64,000 nt of DNA from Hamiltosporidium tvaerminnensis FI-OER-3-3. Taxonomy: Eukaryota; Fungi; Microsporidia. This document shows positions 23,990 to 35,702 of this stretch, in pieces. The notes under the pieces were generated by a model that worked only from the letters and a program-made list of their open reading frames with translations, did no database searches and was not told the origin of the DNA. A program made the position numbers and the translations under genes. Position 1 is the first letter of the stretch, and every line of letters begins with the position of its first letter. Where the stretch lies: contig CM061250.1 of NCBI GenBank assembly GCA_022605425.2, positions 992,001-1,056,000 of the forward strand, given 5' to 3'.

Positions 23990-24601
23990 CAATGAGAGTT
24001 GTTATGAGGAGGAGAGGTCTAAGAAACGGAGAAACTTTTTCTACAAATTTATTTGTAGTTTTTTATGTAACCAGATTGCAGACCGCAGCTGAACATGTAG
24101 GTAATTGCCATGTAAAAGCATGGAAACCTAGCCTTGTCACTCGGGTTAGAAGACTTAGCGCCTGGGAGATATAAAAATAAAACCCATTAAAAGCCGGGAG
24201 AGCTAAGTAGCAGGTTATACCTGTTGGTATGACATTGCACTGTCTAGGTGGACCCCATGTAAATCTCTGAAATATATCTTAGCTAGAAGTTTATTGGGTT
24301 CAGAAAGTGTAGAGTAAGTGGGAATGCTGCATAGTCTTGGGGGAGCCCAGGGGGGGCTTCGGCCTTCGATCACGCTCCATGCAACGGACACTAACGAACT
24401 CCCAGCAACTGCCTCGCCTATTAAATAGGTTCCACACACCTGGTAGATGAAAGGCTTTGGGACGTAGTTATCGCAGGGGTTACCGATGGAGTGTTGGGGT
24501 AGCAGTCATTTATGTTAAACCTAGAACTGCGTTAATGTCATAAAAACAAATATAACACTTGCCACTATTTTAAAAAGATGTGATACTTTTAAATAAAGTG
24601 A
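23990..24601 (+). mobile_element. ~720-bp family, truncated class A copy (612 bp) with 12-bp target-site duplication
   Basis: Flanked by TTAAGAAAAATT at 23978-23989 and 24602-24613. Absent at the homologous arm-1 site (~6642-6655). Lacks the first ~120 bp of full-length copies. Confidence 0.95.
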
Positions 24602-25991
24602 TTAAGAAAAATTATAAAAATAAAATTTATCAATATATATCGTTAAAAGATATTTTTTAAAATTTTTTTACTATAAATTTAAATAGTAAATATATAAAGA
24701 AGCGGAAATTTTATTTTAAAGAATTGTATTGTAAATTACCATTAAACTAAAATTATTTAGAAGAAGAAACAACCGTGGTAAAAGAGATGGAAGAAAATAT
24801 ATAAAAATGGCAAAAAATATTTTAACCTAGAATTTTATTAAATAAATATACTAAAATTTTTATTGGAAAGAAATTTCTTTTTATTTAAAAAAAGTTTAAC
24901 GAATTTTATTCACAGTTGATATAAAATTTTCAAAAATAGAAAATATAAATTTCGAGAATATAAAAAATAACTAACAGTAATTTTTATAGGAAATATAAAA
25001 ACAATTTATCTATTTATTAAATCAGATGAAGAGAAAATGGTTATTTGATTCGAATTTTCTTATGTAATATGAAACCCAAGTTATAATATTAAGTTTTTAA
25101 ATCAATTTAGGTTTTTTTTACTGGAATTTCTAAATAAATTTTGAATCTATCTTAGTATAAAAGAAAAAATTTAAATAAAACAAAATTTAAAAAATATTTT
25201 TTTTCATTGAAATACCATTAAATTTCTGATTCTGAATTTAATTTTGAATTATAAGTTTATTTTGTTATAATTCTTAAGAAAACAAAAAATCGCTTATGAG
25301 AATATTATAAGAATAGTTAAATATTTAAAAACGCAGTAAAAAAATAAGCTAAAAATTCAAATATTTACAAACAGGGAACCGCATTAAATTTTTTCGTTAT
25401 ATTAAATAAACCATAAATTCGTTTTTTATAAACCGATTAGATGTCTAAAGCAAACGAAAAAGACTATGGAAATAATTAAAAAAGTATTTCTACATAATTA
25501 TTGTGAACAGGAGATACAATTATTAAAATACCATTTTGTATCTATAAGTATCAAATCTTAGATTAGACATTAGATTCTATTACAAATCAAAAAATGTTAT
25601 TTATATCCCATTCTATTGTAAAAAATATAAAAGAAATTTATTTGAATAGTTATGTTTGAGTAGTTCAGATCGTAAAATTATTTTCCTCTGTTTTCACAGT
25701 GAATTTTAATGGTAAATTTTTTTTAAGAATTTTTAAATTACCAAATCAATGAAATCGAATCTGAAAATAAAAAAATCAAAACGGATTATTTGAAAATAAT
25801 TGAGAATTAATTTAAGAATAATTTTGAACATTTCCAAACATTTATATAAATTTTTATAAAGAAAATAATTTTTAGTTCAGAATTTATTAGAGTTTATTTC
25901 AGAAAATAAAAAAAGATCAAAAATTATAATTATAAGTGCTTTTTATAGACTAGTTAACAATTTAAAACTATAAGAATGATTTATTTTTGAC

Positions 25992-27317
25992 TCAAATGCG
26001 GTTTTTTTCAATAAAACCCACCAAATCGTCTCTCTGAATATATTCGAAGTTCTCATCTTTCAAAATATTTTTTATTTTAACTGAATTTGAATTTATCTCA
26101 TCTTGACCAATGATTAAACAAAATTTAATGTTTTTCTGTTCGCAATATTTAAGTTGTGCAAGAAAATCATTTCTTTTTGTAAATACTGATTCGGCTGGTA
26201 TATTGTTGTCCCATAATTCATTCAAAATTTCCATTTTATTTTCTAAAAATTGATCACCAGAACTCACAACTAAAACCAAAGTATCGTTATCTTTTATATT
26301 TTTATATTTTTTTTGCATCAATGTATAAATTCGTGTAATTCCAACACTGAAACCAACACAAGGTACTGTAAAATCTTTTCTATTTGCCGATTTTAATATT
26401 CCATCTACTAAATTGTCATATCGCCCACCTCCAATAACCGCACCGACTTCTTCTTGTTTAAAACTCGCTTCAAATATAATTCCCGTATAATAATCTAAAC
26501 CTCTAGCAAGTGACAAATTTATTTGAACAATATTTTCAATTTTATATATTTTAATATATTTCATCAAAAGTAAAAGATCATCTATTGCTTCTTTCCCTTC
26601 TTCTAATCCATAAATAGTATCATTTTTCAATTCGTTTAATAGATCAGTAGATCCTGTTTTAGAAATATATTTTTTTATTATCTCAGCTTGAGAATCATCA
26701 ATTCCCTTCGTAATTAATTCTAATTTTACGGCTTCCCACTGTATTTTATCAATTTTATCAATACTTGAACAAACAGTCAAATGTAGATCACTAGGTATAC
26801 TAGCAATTTTAAAGATAGCACTCAATATTTTTCTATGGTTTATAGAAATACAAAATTGTCCCAAATCAAATGATGAAAGGCATTCTACACATATTTTTAT
26901 TATTTCAGCATCAGCAGTCATTTCTAAATAATTGCCTGCTATATCAAAATCGCATTGTGTAAATTCTCTTAATCTACCTTTAGTAACAACTGGATTATCT
27001 CTTCTAAATACTTTTCCTATCTGATATCTTTTTATTTTTGCAATTTTATTTGAAGCCAAATAACGAGCAAATGGAACGGTTAAATCATAACGAAGAGAAC
27101 ATATATCTCCACCCTGGTCTGCTAAATCAAAAATCAATTTTGAATCCTCACCATATTTATTAGTTAATATTTCTTTAAGTTCAAAAGTAGGTGTATCAAT
27201 ACAAACAGCACCATGTTTTTTAAATATAGATATCGATTTATCGATTATTTTTGAAATTAGCATGGTTTCTCTCGGACTATAATCAATAGTTCCTTTAGGT
27301 GTTCTTAGCTCAAGCAT
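25992..27317 (-). CDS. HTS1: Histidyl-tRNA synthetase, copy 2
   Basis: Intact 441 aa, with 5 aa differences from copy 1 (I/V, V/I, N/T, N/S, S/T). Confidence 0.98.
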   Translation of the reverse strand: MLELRTPKGTIDYSPRETMLISKIIDKSISIFKKHGAVCIDTPTFELKEILTNKYGEDSKLIFDLADQGGDICSLRYDLTVPFARYLASNKIAKIKRYQIGKVFRRDNPVVTKGRLREFTQCDFDIAGNYLEMTADAEIIKICVECLSSFDLGQFCISINHRKILSAIFKIASIPSDLHLTVCSSIDKIDKIQWEAVKLELITKGIDDSQAEIIKKYISKTGSTDLLNELKNDTIYGLEEGKEAIDDLLLLMKYIKIYKIENIVQINLSLARGLDYYTGIIFEASFKQEEVGAVIGGGRYDNLVDGILKSANRKDFTVPCVGFSVGITRIYTLMQKKYKNIKDNDTLVLVVSSGDQFLENKMEILNELWDNNIPAESVFTKRNDFLAQLKYCEQKNIKFCLIIGQDEINSNSVKIKNILKDENFEYIQRDDLVGFIEKNRI

Positions 27318-28034
27318 ATGGGGTTTAAATTTAGAAGCAGAAATATTTTATTAACAACATATTACTTCGATATAAAAAGCAAATTTCTACGATATTATAA
27401 CACACGAATTAATAAAAATTTTAATACAGAAATCATTTTGTATTCATTAAATTTATTTTAAAGAGAAAATATTTTATAAAATTTCTTTAATTATATGCTG
27501 TTTCAATAGCAAATTATTGTTGTAATTGCTTATAAATGTTTTAAGGAACTGCTTTTTAATATAAAATTATATTTGTATTTAACTTTTCTAAAAGAGAATA
27601 TTTTTTTTATATATAGTTTACAAATTAGTGATTTTAGTTAAATATACTTTTTGAACGAGTGATAATATGAATAGATATATTTGTTTTACGGATTCATTTC
27701 AATGAATATAAATGAATATTTCACATAAACATTGTGCAAAATACCTTCCTAATATATCTACTTTAAACCTTTAAATATAATTCGATTAAAATTGAATGAG
27801 AAACATTTAAAAGTCTTTTTATTCAACTTGTAACAAAGTTTTATTCAACATTTTGCGTTTTAAATTATATAAAAAGTATCTTTATTTAATAAAAACCTAA
27901 AATAATACATTAAATATTCTCTGTAGTCCTTTCTAGAAAATATTGGTGATCTTTTCTCTTTTTAAGGATGAAAGAGATAATTCAGATTTGTAAGCCTAAA
28001 TCAACATAAAAGTTTGAAATATGCTTTCAGTGCA

Positions 28035-28765
28035 ACAATTTATTTTCAATTAAAAATGTGTATAAAGGTATATAAACTAGCTTTTTAAAAATGACTAGGT
28101 TAAATTAAAATGAAAGTAACTTTTGTATTTTTAGTGGAATGAAGCTCATACTCCATGTTTTGATTTCATATTTAAATATGTATGAAGAAGAGAAATTCTA
28201 GAAAATGATGTGAATTTTTTTTTCTTAGGTTTGTAGTTTTTATATAACTAGATTTGAAACTCTAATGAAATTTGTAGGTAATTTCAATTTGAAATCGTAA
28301 AAATTATGTTTCCCTTACTCGGATCAGAAGACTTAGGTGCTTAAAATACTAAAAAAACATACGCTAAAAAATCCAAGACTCCCAAGTAGCAGATTATACC
28401 TTTTGGTATATCATTTAGAAGTCTAGATAGACCACACTACTTGTTTGAATATATTTTAGCCGAAGTATATACAGTTAAGAAAGCTTAAGATACGTGGCTT
28501 TGCTCAGAGTCTTAGAAGGAGCAAGAGACAATTTTTAGACCCGTAATCCCATATTAGGAAACGGAACAGAAAATTCCGAAATTTATCCAAGATTCGTCAA
28601 ATTACTTCAACTCATTCATTGAATCAAAATCTTTGAGCCTAGGTATCTAAAGAGTACTTTTGCTTATTCGAGAAATCAAGTATCTATATTGAACCTATAA
28701 CTGTGTTGATTTCATGAAAAAAATTAAAAAAAATCACTTTTTTAAAATATCTGATATTGATCAAA
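28035..28765 (+). mobile_element. ~720-bp family, highly divergent class C copy
   Basis: Colinear matches to class A: TTTGTAGTTTTTATATAACTAGATT, TGTAGGTAATT, ACTCGGATCAGAAGACTTAG, AAGTAGCAGATTATACCTTTTGGTAT, GTCTAGATAGACC, CTTTGAGCCTAGGTATC, AACCTATAACTGTGTTGATTTCATGAAAA. Confidence 0.75.
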
Positions 28766-29025
28766 TATTTTACTAGTAAAATCCAAAAATAATGATTTCC
28801 ACTCTAATAAAAAAGAAGTCTTTTACAAAAATACTAAAAATAAGAAATGATTTTAATCTTTTGATTTATAAAGACTAAAGATGAAATGTAAAGACAAGAA
28901 AAGAAAAGAAAAGAAAAAATTCAACCCAAAGCTTTTTTACTTAAATTAGTAAAATAGGATTTTCGATACAAATTGACCATGAAAAACAGCACTTTCTTCA
29001 TACTTAACATTATGATTCTTAAATA

Positions 29026-29736
29026 TCAGTCCGCAGTAGAATTCGAAGCCTTTCTTACTTTCTCAACAATGAAAGCAACGAAGTCATGAGATTTACCTTC
29101 CAATCCATTTTTTGAATCGTTAAATTTGAATGTTTTTGGAGAGCAAATGGTTTTTATTTTTCCATCATTATCCGTCTTAACATAAAATCCTTTTACATTT
29201 TTTTCATCTTCTAGATTCAAAATTACAAATACTTTTTCTTTTTCCTTTGAATCCTCTTTGATAGCCGCATATATAAACGAAGATATTGCACATATTGATC
29301 TAATAGCAGTTTTACCTTTGAACCAAAAACCTATCTTTACAAGGAAACCGATTTCACCAACTATATTTATAAATTTTGAAGCATCGATTTGAATTGTCTC
29401 ATCTATATTTATATTTGTATATACTTGAACCTTTTCTATTTTCTTATCATCCAATGCTTTTATAAGAGACTTTGCACTATCATAACTGGAAAAAGGAAGT
29501 TCAAACACCTTTTTACCTTTAATGCTTGCGAAATCTCCAAGTTTTGTTTTATTTAAGTCATTAGTTATAAACTTAAATTGTGCAGTTGCGGAAACTTTCT
29601 TAAAGTCCTCTTCAAAACTCTTGATAACATTACCAGCTTTGTTGTATCCTAAACCACATATAAGTGCAAATATAAAAAGCATTGAAATAACTAATCCCGA
29701 TGCGATTATCATTGCTTTCTTTCTATCAAGTGCCAT
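29026..29736 (-). CDS. Hypothetical membrane-anchored/secreted protein, copy 2
   Basis: Mirror of 1534-2244. Confidence 0.8.
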   Translation of the reverse strand: MALDRKKAMIIASGLVISMLFIFALICGLGYNKAGNVIKSFEEDFKKVSATAQFKFITNDLNKTKLGDFASIKGKKVFELPFSSYDSAKSLIKALDDKKIEKVQVYTNINIDETIQIDASKFINIVGEIGFLVKIGFWFKGKTAIRSICAISSFIYAAIKEDSKEKEKVFVILNLEDEKNVKGFYVKTDNDGKIKTICSPKTFKFNDSKNGLEGKSHDFVAFIVEKVRKASNSTAD

Positions 29737-30584
29737 GGAGCACGGATTTTTGATTTATTTATAGAAAATCAATATACTACTGATAAAATATTAAAAAAAT
29801 AACTTAATCGATAAAAGATTAAATAAAAATCACCGACTTTTATTTTTTTTAAATGGAATCAATCGAATTACTAATTTTTTTTAATACTGCCTTCTGATTG
29901 GGTAAAAATAGTTTTTTGTCGGTTTTTTAAGATTAAATTAAAATTTTTATTTTTTGAATTTATTTTTCTTAATCATTAGTACATATATTATATTATTTTG
30001 GTTAATTGTATTACGATTAAATTTATGAGATTTTTTTTAGAAAAATAAAGAAATCATTTGATTTCTAGTTTATAAATTTGAAGATTAATCTAAGATAATT
30101 TAGAACAAAAATTATACTAAAAAAACCTATTTTGCTAATTAATTTTTTGTTAAACGTATCAAATATATAATGATGTTCTGAAAATTAACCAATAGAATCA
30201 TTTATCATAGATTAATTTGGATTCGTTTTTCAATTTTTTTTGTTATTTCTGTAATCAAAGCTGGAATAACATTTTTCAGAATATTTTTTTTAAATAGTTA
30301 TCAATCGTTTTTGTGTTAATAAAATAGGAACTTCGAAAACCTAAAAATTTTCGTGAGATTTTATTGTTTAAAAAAATCTGTTTGGGTATTTATGAAACCG
30401 AAGAAATCTCATATTTGTTATAACTATCTTTGTTTACTTGATCTCTTACGTGTTTGACTCATCAAAGAATCTACAGTCTATTATCTTTTATAAATTATAG
30501 ATTCTAGAAAATGACTTTGTATGGTTTTAGCAAATAAAACATTATTTTATTTTTACAAAAATAAACTGTAACAATCTTATAAAT

Positions 30585-31312
30585 ATGTCTGACTATTTTA
30601 ACTACAATTACTACTATTTTTTGTAAAAGTGCAACGTGTTATATTGTTTTAATGACATGAACCCGAATCCAAGTTTTATATAGATAACTGGATTCTATGA
30701 CACTACAAGTATTTTTTAGATACCCTTTTCTAAAGTCTTTCATGTAAAAATATGTGTAGAACCAATTAATATGCGACATTGTATTCAGTGGTTTATTAAT
30801 GCCAGTATCATAGAGTGTGATCATGGGTCCAAACCTATCTTGGTTCAAATCAGCTGCATTCCTACTTACGCTAAGCTTTCTCAACCGAAAAAACCTCGGC
30901 TAAAATACATCTTTGCTATCTACATGAATTTCGATCTAAAGCTTTCAATGTAATACCTTACTTATACCTGAATCATAGCTTTCACATGTTTATAAAACGT
31001 GTGTTTTTGTACCTTACAAGTAGTAAATCTTTTAACCCGAATGAGCAAAGCCAAGCTTCTATGCTTTTACATTGTAATTAACAACAAGTTCAATATATGG
31101 TTTCTAATAGTGTTCATAAAAGGCTAAAGTCTACTTTTAGAAAAATTTATATCATTTTGCAAACCTTCTCTTTCTTATACAAATTCTCATTAATATACTG
31201 AAAATGTAATGTGTGATATTGTCCCTACAAAAATGCAAACTATGACCTGCACAACAATTTTACATACTAATAACAAGCAGATATTTATTCCCATGGCTAT
31301 CGTTCCTCCACC
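30585..31312 (-). mobile_element. ~720-bp family, full-length class B copy
   Basis: rc begins GGGTGGAGGAACGATAGCCAT, homologous to GTGGAGAAGGATAACCAT (58632) and GTGGATGGAGGATAACCC (8655). Mirror of 1-680. Confidence 0.85.
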
Positions 31313-31399
31313 CGAATTGCGAGTAATTATTGGATATTATTTTTTATTTTAAACGTGGAAATTTTCTTCATTTGATTATCAAAAGATTGTTATGAATTT

Positions 31400-32050
31400 T
31401 AAAGCTGTAATTAAAATGACTGAATAAATATATAATAAAGTTTTAAATATCGTCTATAAGGAAAAAAATATAGCTCAAACTAAGTCGGTTGATAATTAGA
31501 AGTGCATTCATATAGCGTTTCAATAGAGTCCGGTTAAGAATTGAAAATTTTATATTAAAAATATAGAGTAAAAAAAATAAATCAATGCAATCCAGAAAAA
31601 CACGACAGAAATAAGACGGTTTTGCTTTATTATAACTTAGATTATGATGACTCGTATTTTGGAATCTTAATTGAAGAACCGGATTTGAAAAAAAATTTAT
31701 GAAATTGTGCCATTTATAGAGAAATGGTACAATAGAGCATTTATATGAATGGAATATAAAAGCGTTATAACAACACCCAGAAAATCATTCTAATATATTC
31801 AAAACACATTGAATTAGTAACTATATCTAATATTCTGTATAAACCGCTTATATAGAATATACTTCAAATTTGAGTCCAGAAACGTAAAAAGTTACTGATT
31901 TAATTTTCATATTTACTTAATAAACTATTTTTACGGATAAATAATTGCTATTTATAATTATTAAAAATATTTTAGATATTAAAACAAAGCAAAACTTATA
32001 AGTTATAGACAAAGCTCATATCAAAATTTTTTCTAAAATCTATAAAATAT
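31400..32050 (+). mobile_element. Possible Merlin (IS1016/ISXO2-like) transposase relic
   Basis: Degenerate ordered motifs: DD(E)S.FG ~31645, ..KHI..GT.I-like ~31800, NH..F.D-like ~31920. Heavily eroded. Confidence 0.35.
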
Positions 32051-32382
32051 AAGTAAGCAATTCATATTTTCAAGAGATACAATTCTACTTTTTGTAACGC
32101 AGAAAAGTTTAAAAATATCTTTTGCGACTTTCAGGATATAGTTGCAATTTGTCACGCAGTAAAATTCATTTGTAAATACAAATTATATATAAAAAAGATA
32201 TTTGAACTATGATAAGAACTTGATAGAAGATACAATAGGCTACTATCTATAATAGAAAATTTAAGGCAGATAATATCTATTAAACCATAAAAAAATAATT
32301 TTAAGTTTCAAGATTATGGCCGCATCTTAATAAAACAATTTGATAGAATAAATAATTATAAATATAATTTTAATATTTGCTT

Positions 32383-33396
32383 CTATAGATTGTATAAGGA
32401 TTTAAAAAAAGTGATGAAATTTCTATTTTCATAAATAATTATTTTACGTTCGTCAAATAATCTAAAGATTTCAGAAAAATTATACAATTCGTTTTTTCCA
32501 TCGTATAAACCTTTAAAAATTACAATTTCGTTTTTACAAAAAACTTTGGCCTCTTTTAGAGTCAAAAGAACTATTTTACTTTCTTTAAATGGTTTCGTGT
32601 TCCAATATACTCCATAATTTTCATCATAATTTTTAATACATGTATCTGTTATAGTAGACATTTTAATTCTCAATTCTTGACCTGTTTTGATGCACTCATG
32701 TATATTTGAACAAACTATTATTATATTATCTTTAATATTTAGGCTTCTTTTAAAGATCAAAGAAGTAATAATTTTGTTTTTTTCGTGAAAATTTTCATTA
32801 TAAACTTCTTCAAGTTCTATATTTATTTTATAGTTAGAAAGCAAAAAACATTTAAAATATTCAAAATTATGTAAATTTGAACTTATATTTGTAAACACAA
32901 TTATATTATTTAAATTAATAGTTTTTTCTTTTAAATAAACTTCTAAATTCGAATCATTATAGTAAAAGAATTTGAAATCTAAATTTTTTTCTTTGATTTC
33001 ATTAAAATTATAATCAATCTTCTTTTTGGTAATAAACACTTGATTTCTCTTCGCGTTTTCAATATTTTTCATAATTTCATTTTGATTATAAATAATTGAA
33101 AAGTGTTTACAGGATTTTTTATAATCAAATAGCGACCAATTAACCTTTTCACACGAGTGGTAACCAAAATGGTATAAAATTTTAAAATATTCTTTCATGG
33201 AATTTATATTTTCTATTTTAACAATTTTTGTACTTTCAAACCATCTTTCACATCCAATTATTCTAATTTTAATTTCATTTACATTGCATTCAACAAAAAT
33301 TTCGGTTTTGCGAGAAAAATAATCTGAAAAAATCAACTCGTCATCCTTAAAGGGATCTTTATAGATAAACATTGCTACTTTGTCTGAAATTTCCAT
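32383..33396 (-). CDS. Probable C-terminal part of the Slh1/ASCC3-like helicase (see frameshift finding)
   Basis: The frame stays open upstream of the annotated ATG to about 33508 and overlaps the end of the 744-aa ORF. GVYWNT and VIFKG look like degenerate second-cassette helicase motifs. Confidence 0.7.
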   Translation of the reverse strand: MEISDKVAMFIYKDPFKDDELIFSDYFSRKTEIFVECNVNEIKIRIIGCERWFESTKIVKIENINSMKEYFKILYHFGYHSCEKVNWSLFDYKKSCKHFSIIYNQNEIMKNIENAKRNQVFITKKKIDYNFNEIKEKNLDFKFFYYNDSNLEVYLKEKTINLNNIIVFTNISSNLHNFEYFKCFLLSNYKINIELEEVYNENFHEKNKIITSLIFKRSLNIKDNIIIVCSNIHECIKTGQELRIKMSTITDTCIKNYDENYGVYWNTKPFKESKIVLLTLKEAKVFCKNEIVIFKGLYDGKNELYNFSEIFRLFDERKIIIYENRNFITFFKSLYNL

Positions 33397-33467
33397 CTCA
33401 ATATTTATTTTCAGATATCTTCCAATTCTGATATTCGAAACTCTAAATTCATGTTTTTCGTTTTTTT

Positions 33468-35702
33468 TTACAATTTTAAAGATTTTTTTGTGATGAAAAA
33501 TAATTTTTCAAATAGAATGAAATTATTTTGAAATAAAAATATCCTTTCAGGAGCCAATGATAATCTTTGCAGGTTTTTGGCGATAAAATTACTGTCACAT
33601 GTCAAAGAAAAATGAAAGATCGGAATATTTTTGATATAACAATATGCTAAAGTGTACAACTTACACCTTTCACTTTCTTCGTATTCAATATTTAAATCAG
33701 TACAAATACCTTTTAATGTAAATATCTCATCTTGTCTTAAAATCACAGACGAAAATTCCTTGGCATTTAACATCAATCTAATAATTGATTCCTCATCAAA
33801 TAAAAAATCAGTTTTTTCTAACCACTCTTTCATAGTTTCGGATGAAATATAAAAGTAGCTGGCTATTCTACCATAAAAAGTACTCTTAAACGACCAAGAA
33901 TATAAATTAATAAAATTTGTGCTATCTGAAACAGATATTTCAATCATTTTACTTTCTTTTAATTTTTTTGCTGCTAGCACTATATATTCTGTGATACAAT
34001 TTAAAATATTTCCTTCTTCATACTCTTTCTGTGTAATTCCGTAGCAGATAGGATTTTTAAGCATCCTAACATACATAAACGTACCTTTGATCCATTTAAT
34101 CGCATCTTCGATATTATTTACATTTCCAAGAGAAATTTCAGCATTTAAAAGATCTACTGTAGATTTTAAAAAGTTACTTTCAATTAAATTTTGATTTTTT
34201 AGTTGTGGAAGATAAAAAGAAAGCTTATCAGATGAAGTGAATAAAAACGCTTCACCATAGGTATCGTATTGTGGTCTTCCAGCTCTTCCAAATATCTGTA
34301 AAATATCTAGAATTCCTAAATCCGTAAAAGATCCTCTATCTGAATCATAAAACGTAGTTCCTTTAATTATAACAGCATGTGCTGGTAGATTCACACCCCA
34401 AGCGAGTGTTGATGTTGAAACCAAAACGTCAATTTTTTTATTTCTGAAAAGACTTTCCATTTCTAATCTAATATTTCTAGGTAAACCAGCATGATGAACT
34501 CCAAATCCTTTATAAATAAATTCCTGTAAAAGAGGTGTCATTTTCTTATCATTTTTATTTGTTTTTCGATCATTTTGTGTATTATATTTTCTATCGTTGA
34601 AATCTTCATTAAATAATTCTTTAATTATTTTCTTTACGGTTCTTACAGTTTCAGAACGTGAATGAACAAAAATAATTAATTGCTGTTTTTCCAATGAAAG
34701 TTTATTCATTTTTTCAATAATTAATTCAATCATTGTATCTTCGATGTTTGAATTATTTTTTTGTTTATGAATACCAACAATACTTATTCTAAGAGGAACG
34801 GGTCTATATTCATTTGTAAAATTGAAAACATCTTCTGCACGAATAAAATGTGCAACATCTTTGTAATTTGGAAGAGTTGCTGAAATTCCTACAATTCTTA
34901 TGTTTTTCTGATTCAAAACAATAAATCTAAAAATTCTAGCTACTATCGCTTCAATTACAGGTCCTCTATCATCTTGCAAAATATGTATTTCGTCAATTAT
35001 AATTAATGAGATACTGGAACACAAAATATTATCTAATTTTCGAGTCGAGACATCAAACTTTTCAGGCGTACAAATAAGAATATCCGAAATTTCAAAATCG
35101 TTTCTTGTTAAATCTGTATCTCCGGTATATTCAGAAACAACATGATTTCTAAGTTTTTTCTGAAATTTTTTTGTAATTTCAGTCGCCAAAGCCTTCATCG
35201 GAACAATATAAATTATTTTTGCATTTTTAGATTTCAAAGCTTTTAGTATAGCAAGTAATGCGATATCCGTTTTCCCTGCACCTGTAGGTGCACAAACTAG
35301 AAAATTTCTATCTGTTTTATATGCCGTTTCAAAAACATGTGTCTGTACTGGATTAAAATAATCATAATCAAAATATTTGTGATCTGTCCCCATTTCTGAT
35401 ACACAAATCAATTCTTCAGTATTAATTTCTATGCTTTTCTTCGTCGGTAAAATATATTCTAAATATTTTGAAGTCTGTTTTTCCTCTCCTGGCCATATAA
35501 ATTCACTTTCTTCTTTCTTTGTATTCAAAAATAAATCTCTATTTTTACAAATATAAATTATAGAATCCATATTTTCATAACCTATTAGATTTGATACTTC
35601 CTCTTCATAATTATTTTGTAAAAGAGATTGTCTGATTAGATTTTTAGTTTCCATTTTTGTAATTTTAAATTTTTTAGAAAATTTTTCGATCAAATCTTCC
35701 AT
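33468..35702 (-). CDS. Ski2-like DExH helicase, Slh1/ASCC3/Brr2 family (N-terminal cassette plus Sec63 start)
   Basis: FNPVQ, CAPTGAGKT, YIVPMKALA, TPEKFD, DEIHILQDDRGPVIE, SATLPNY, HHAGL, TSTLAWGVNLPAH, QIFGRAGRPQYD, GRIASYFYI. Confidence 0.93.
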   Translation of the reverse strand: MEDLIEKFSKKFKITKMETKNLIRQSLLQNNYEEEVSNLIGYENMDSIIYICKNRDLFLNTKKEESEFIWPGEEKQTSKYLEYILPTKKSIEINTEELICVSEMGTDHKYFDYDYFNPVQTHVFETAYKTDRNFLVCAPTGAGKTDIALLAILKALKSKNAKIIYIVPMKALATEITKKFQKKLRNHVVSEYTGDTDLTRNDFEISDILICTPEKFDVSTRKLDNILCSSISLIIIDEIHILQDDRGPVIEAIVARIFRFIVLNQKNIRIVGISATLPNYKDVAHFIRAEDVFNFTNEYRPVPLRISIVGIHKQKNNSNIEDTMIELIIEKMNKLSLEKQQLIIFVHSRSETVRTVKKIIKELFNEDFNDRKYNTQNDRKTNKNDKKMTPLLQEFIYKGFGVHHAGLPRNIRLEMESLFRNKKIDVLVSTSTLAWGVNLPAHAVIIKGTTFYDSDRGSFTDLGILDILQIFGRAGRPQYDTYGEAFLFTSSDKLSFYLPQLKNQNLIESNFLKSTVDLLNAEISLGNVNNIEDAIKWIKGTFMYVRMLKNPICYGITQKEYEEGNILNCITEYIVLAAKKLKESKMIEISVSDSTNFINLYSWSFKSTFYGRIASYFYISSETMKEWLEKTDFLFDEESIIRLMLNAKEFSSVILRQDEIFTLKGICTDLNIEYEESERCKLYTLAYCYIKNIPIFHFSLTCDSNFIAKNLQRLSLAPERIFLFQNNFILFEKLFFITKKSLKL

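Larger units (their letters stand above)
22035..31269 (-). repeat. Right arm of large inverted segmental duplication
   Basis: Reverse complement of 1-8596. It is 639 bp longer, which is mostly explained by the 612-bp insertion plus 12-bp TSD at 23990-24613. Confidence 0.97.

Noticed and set aside
23968-24439. ORFs 23968-24174 and 24215-24439 (also 30639-30953) as proteins of the ~720-bp element
   Set aside because: The frames are not preserved between near-identical copies, and the first ORF starts in flanking DNA. A short GLEDL stretch with synonymous-looking changes is not kept in the mirror copy.
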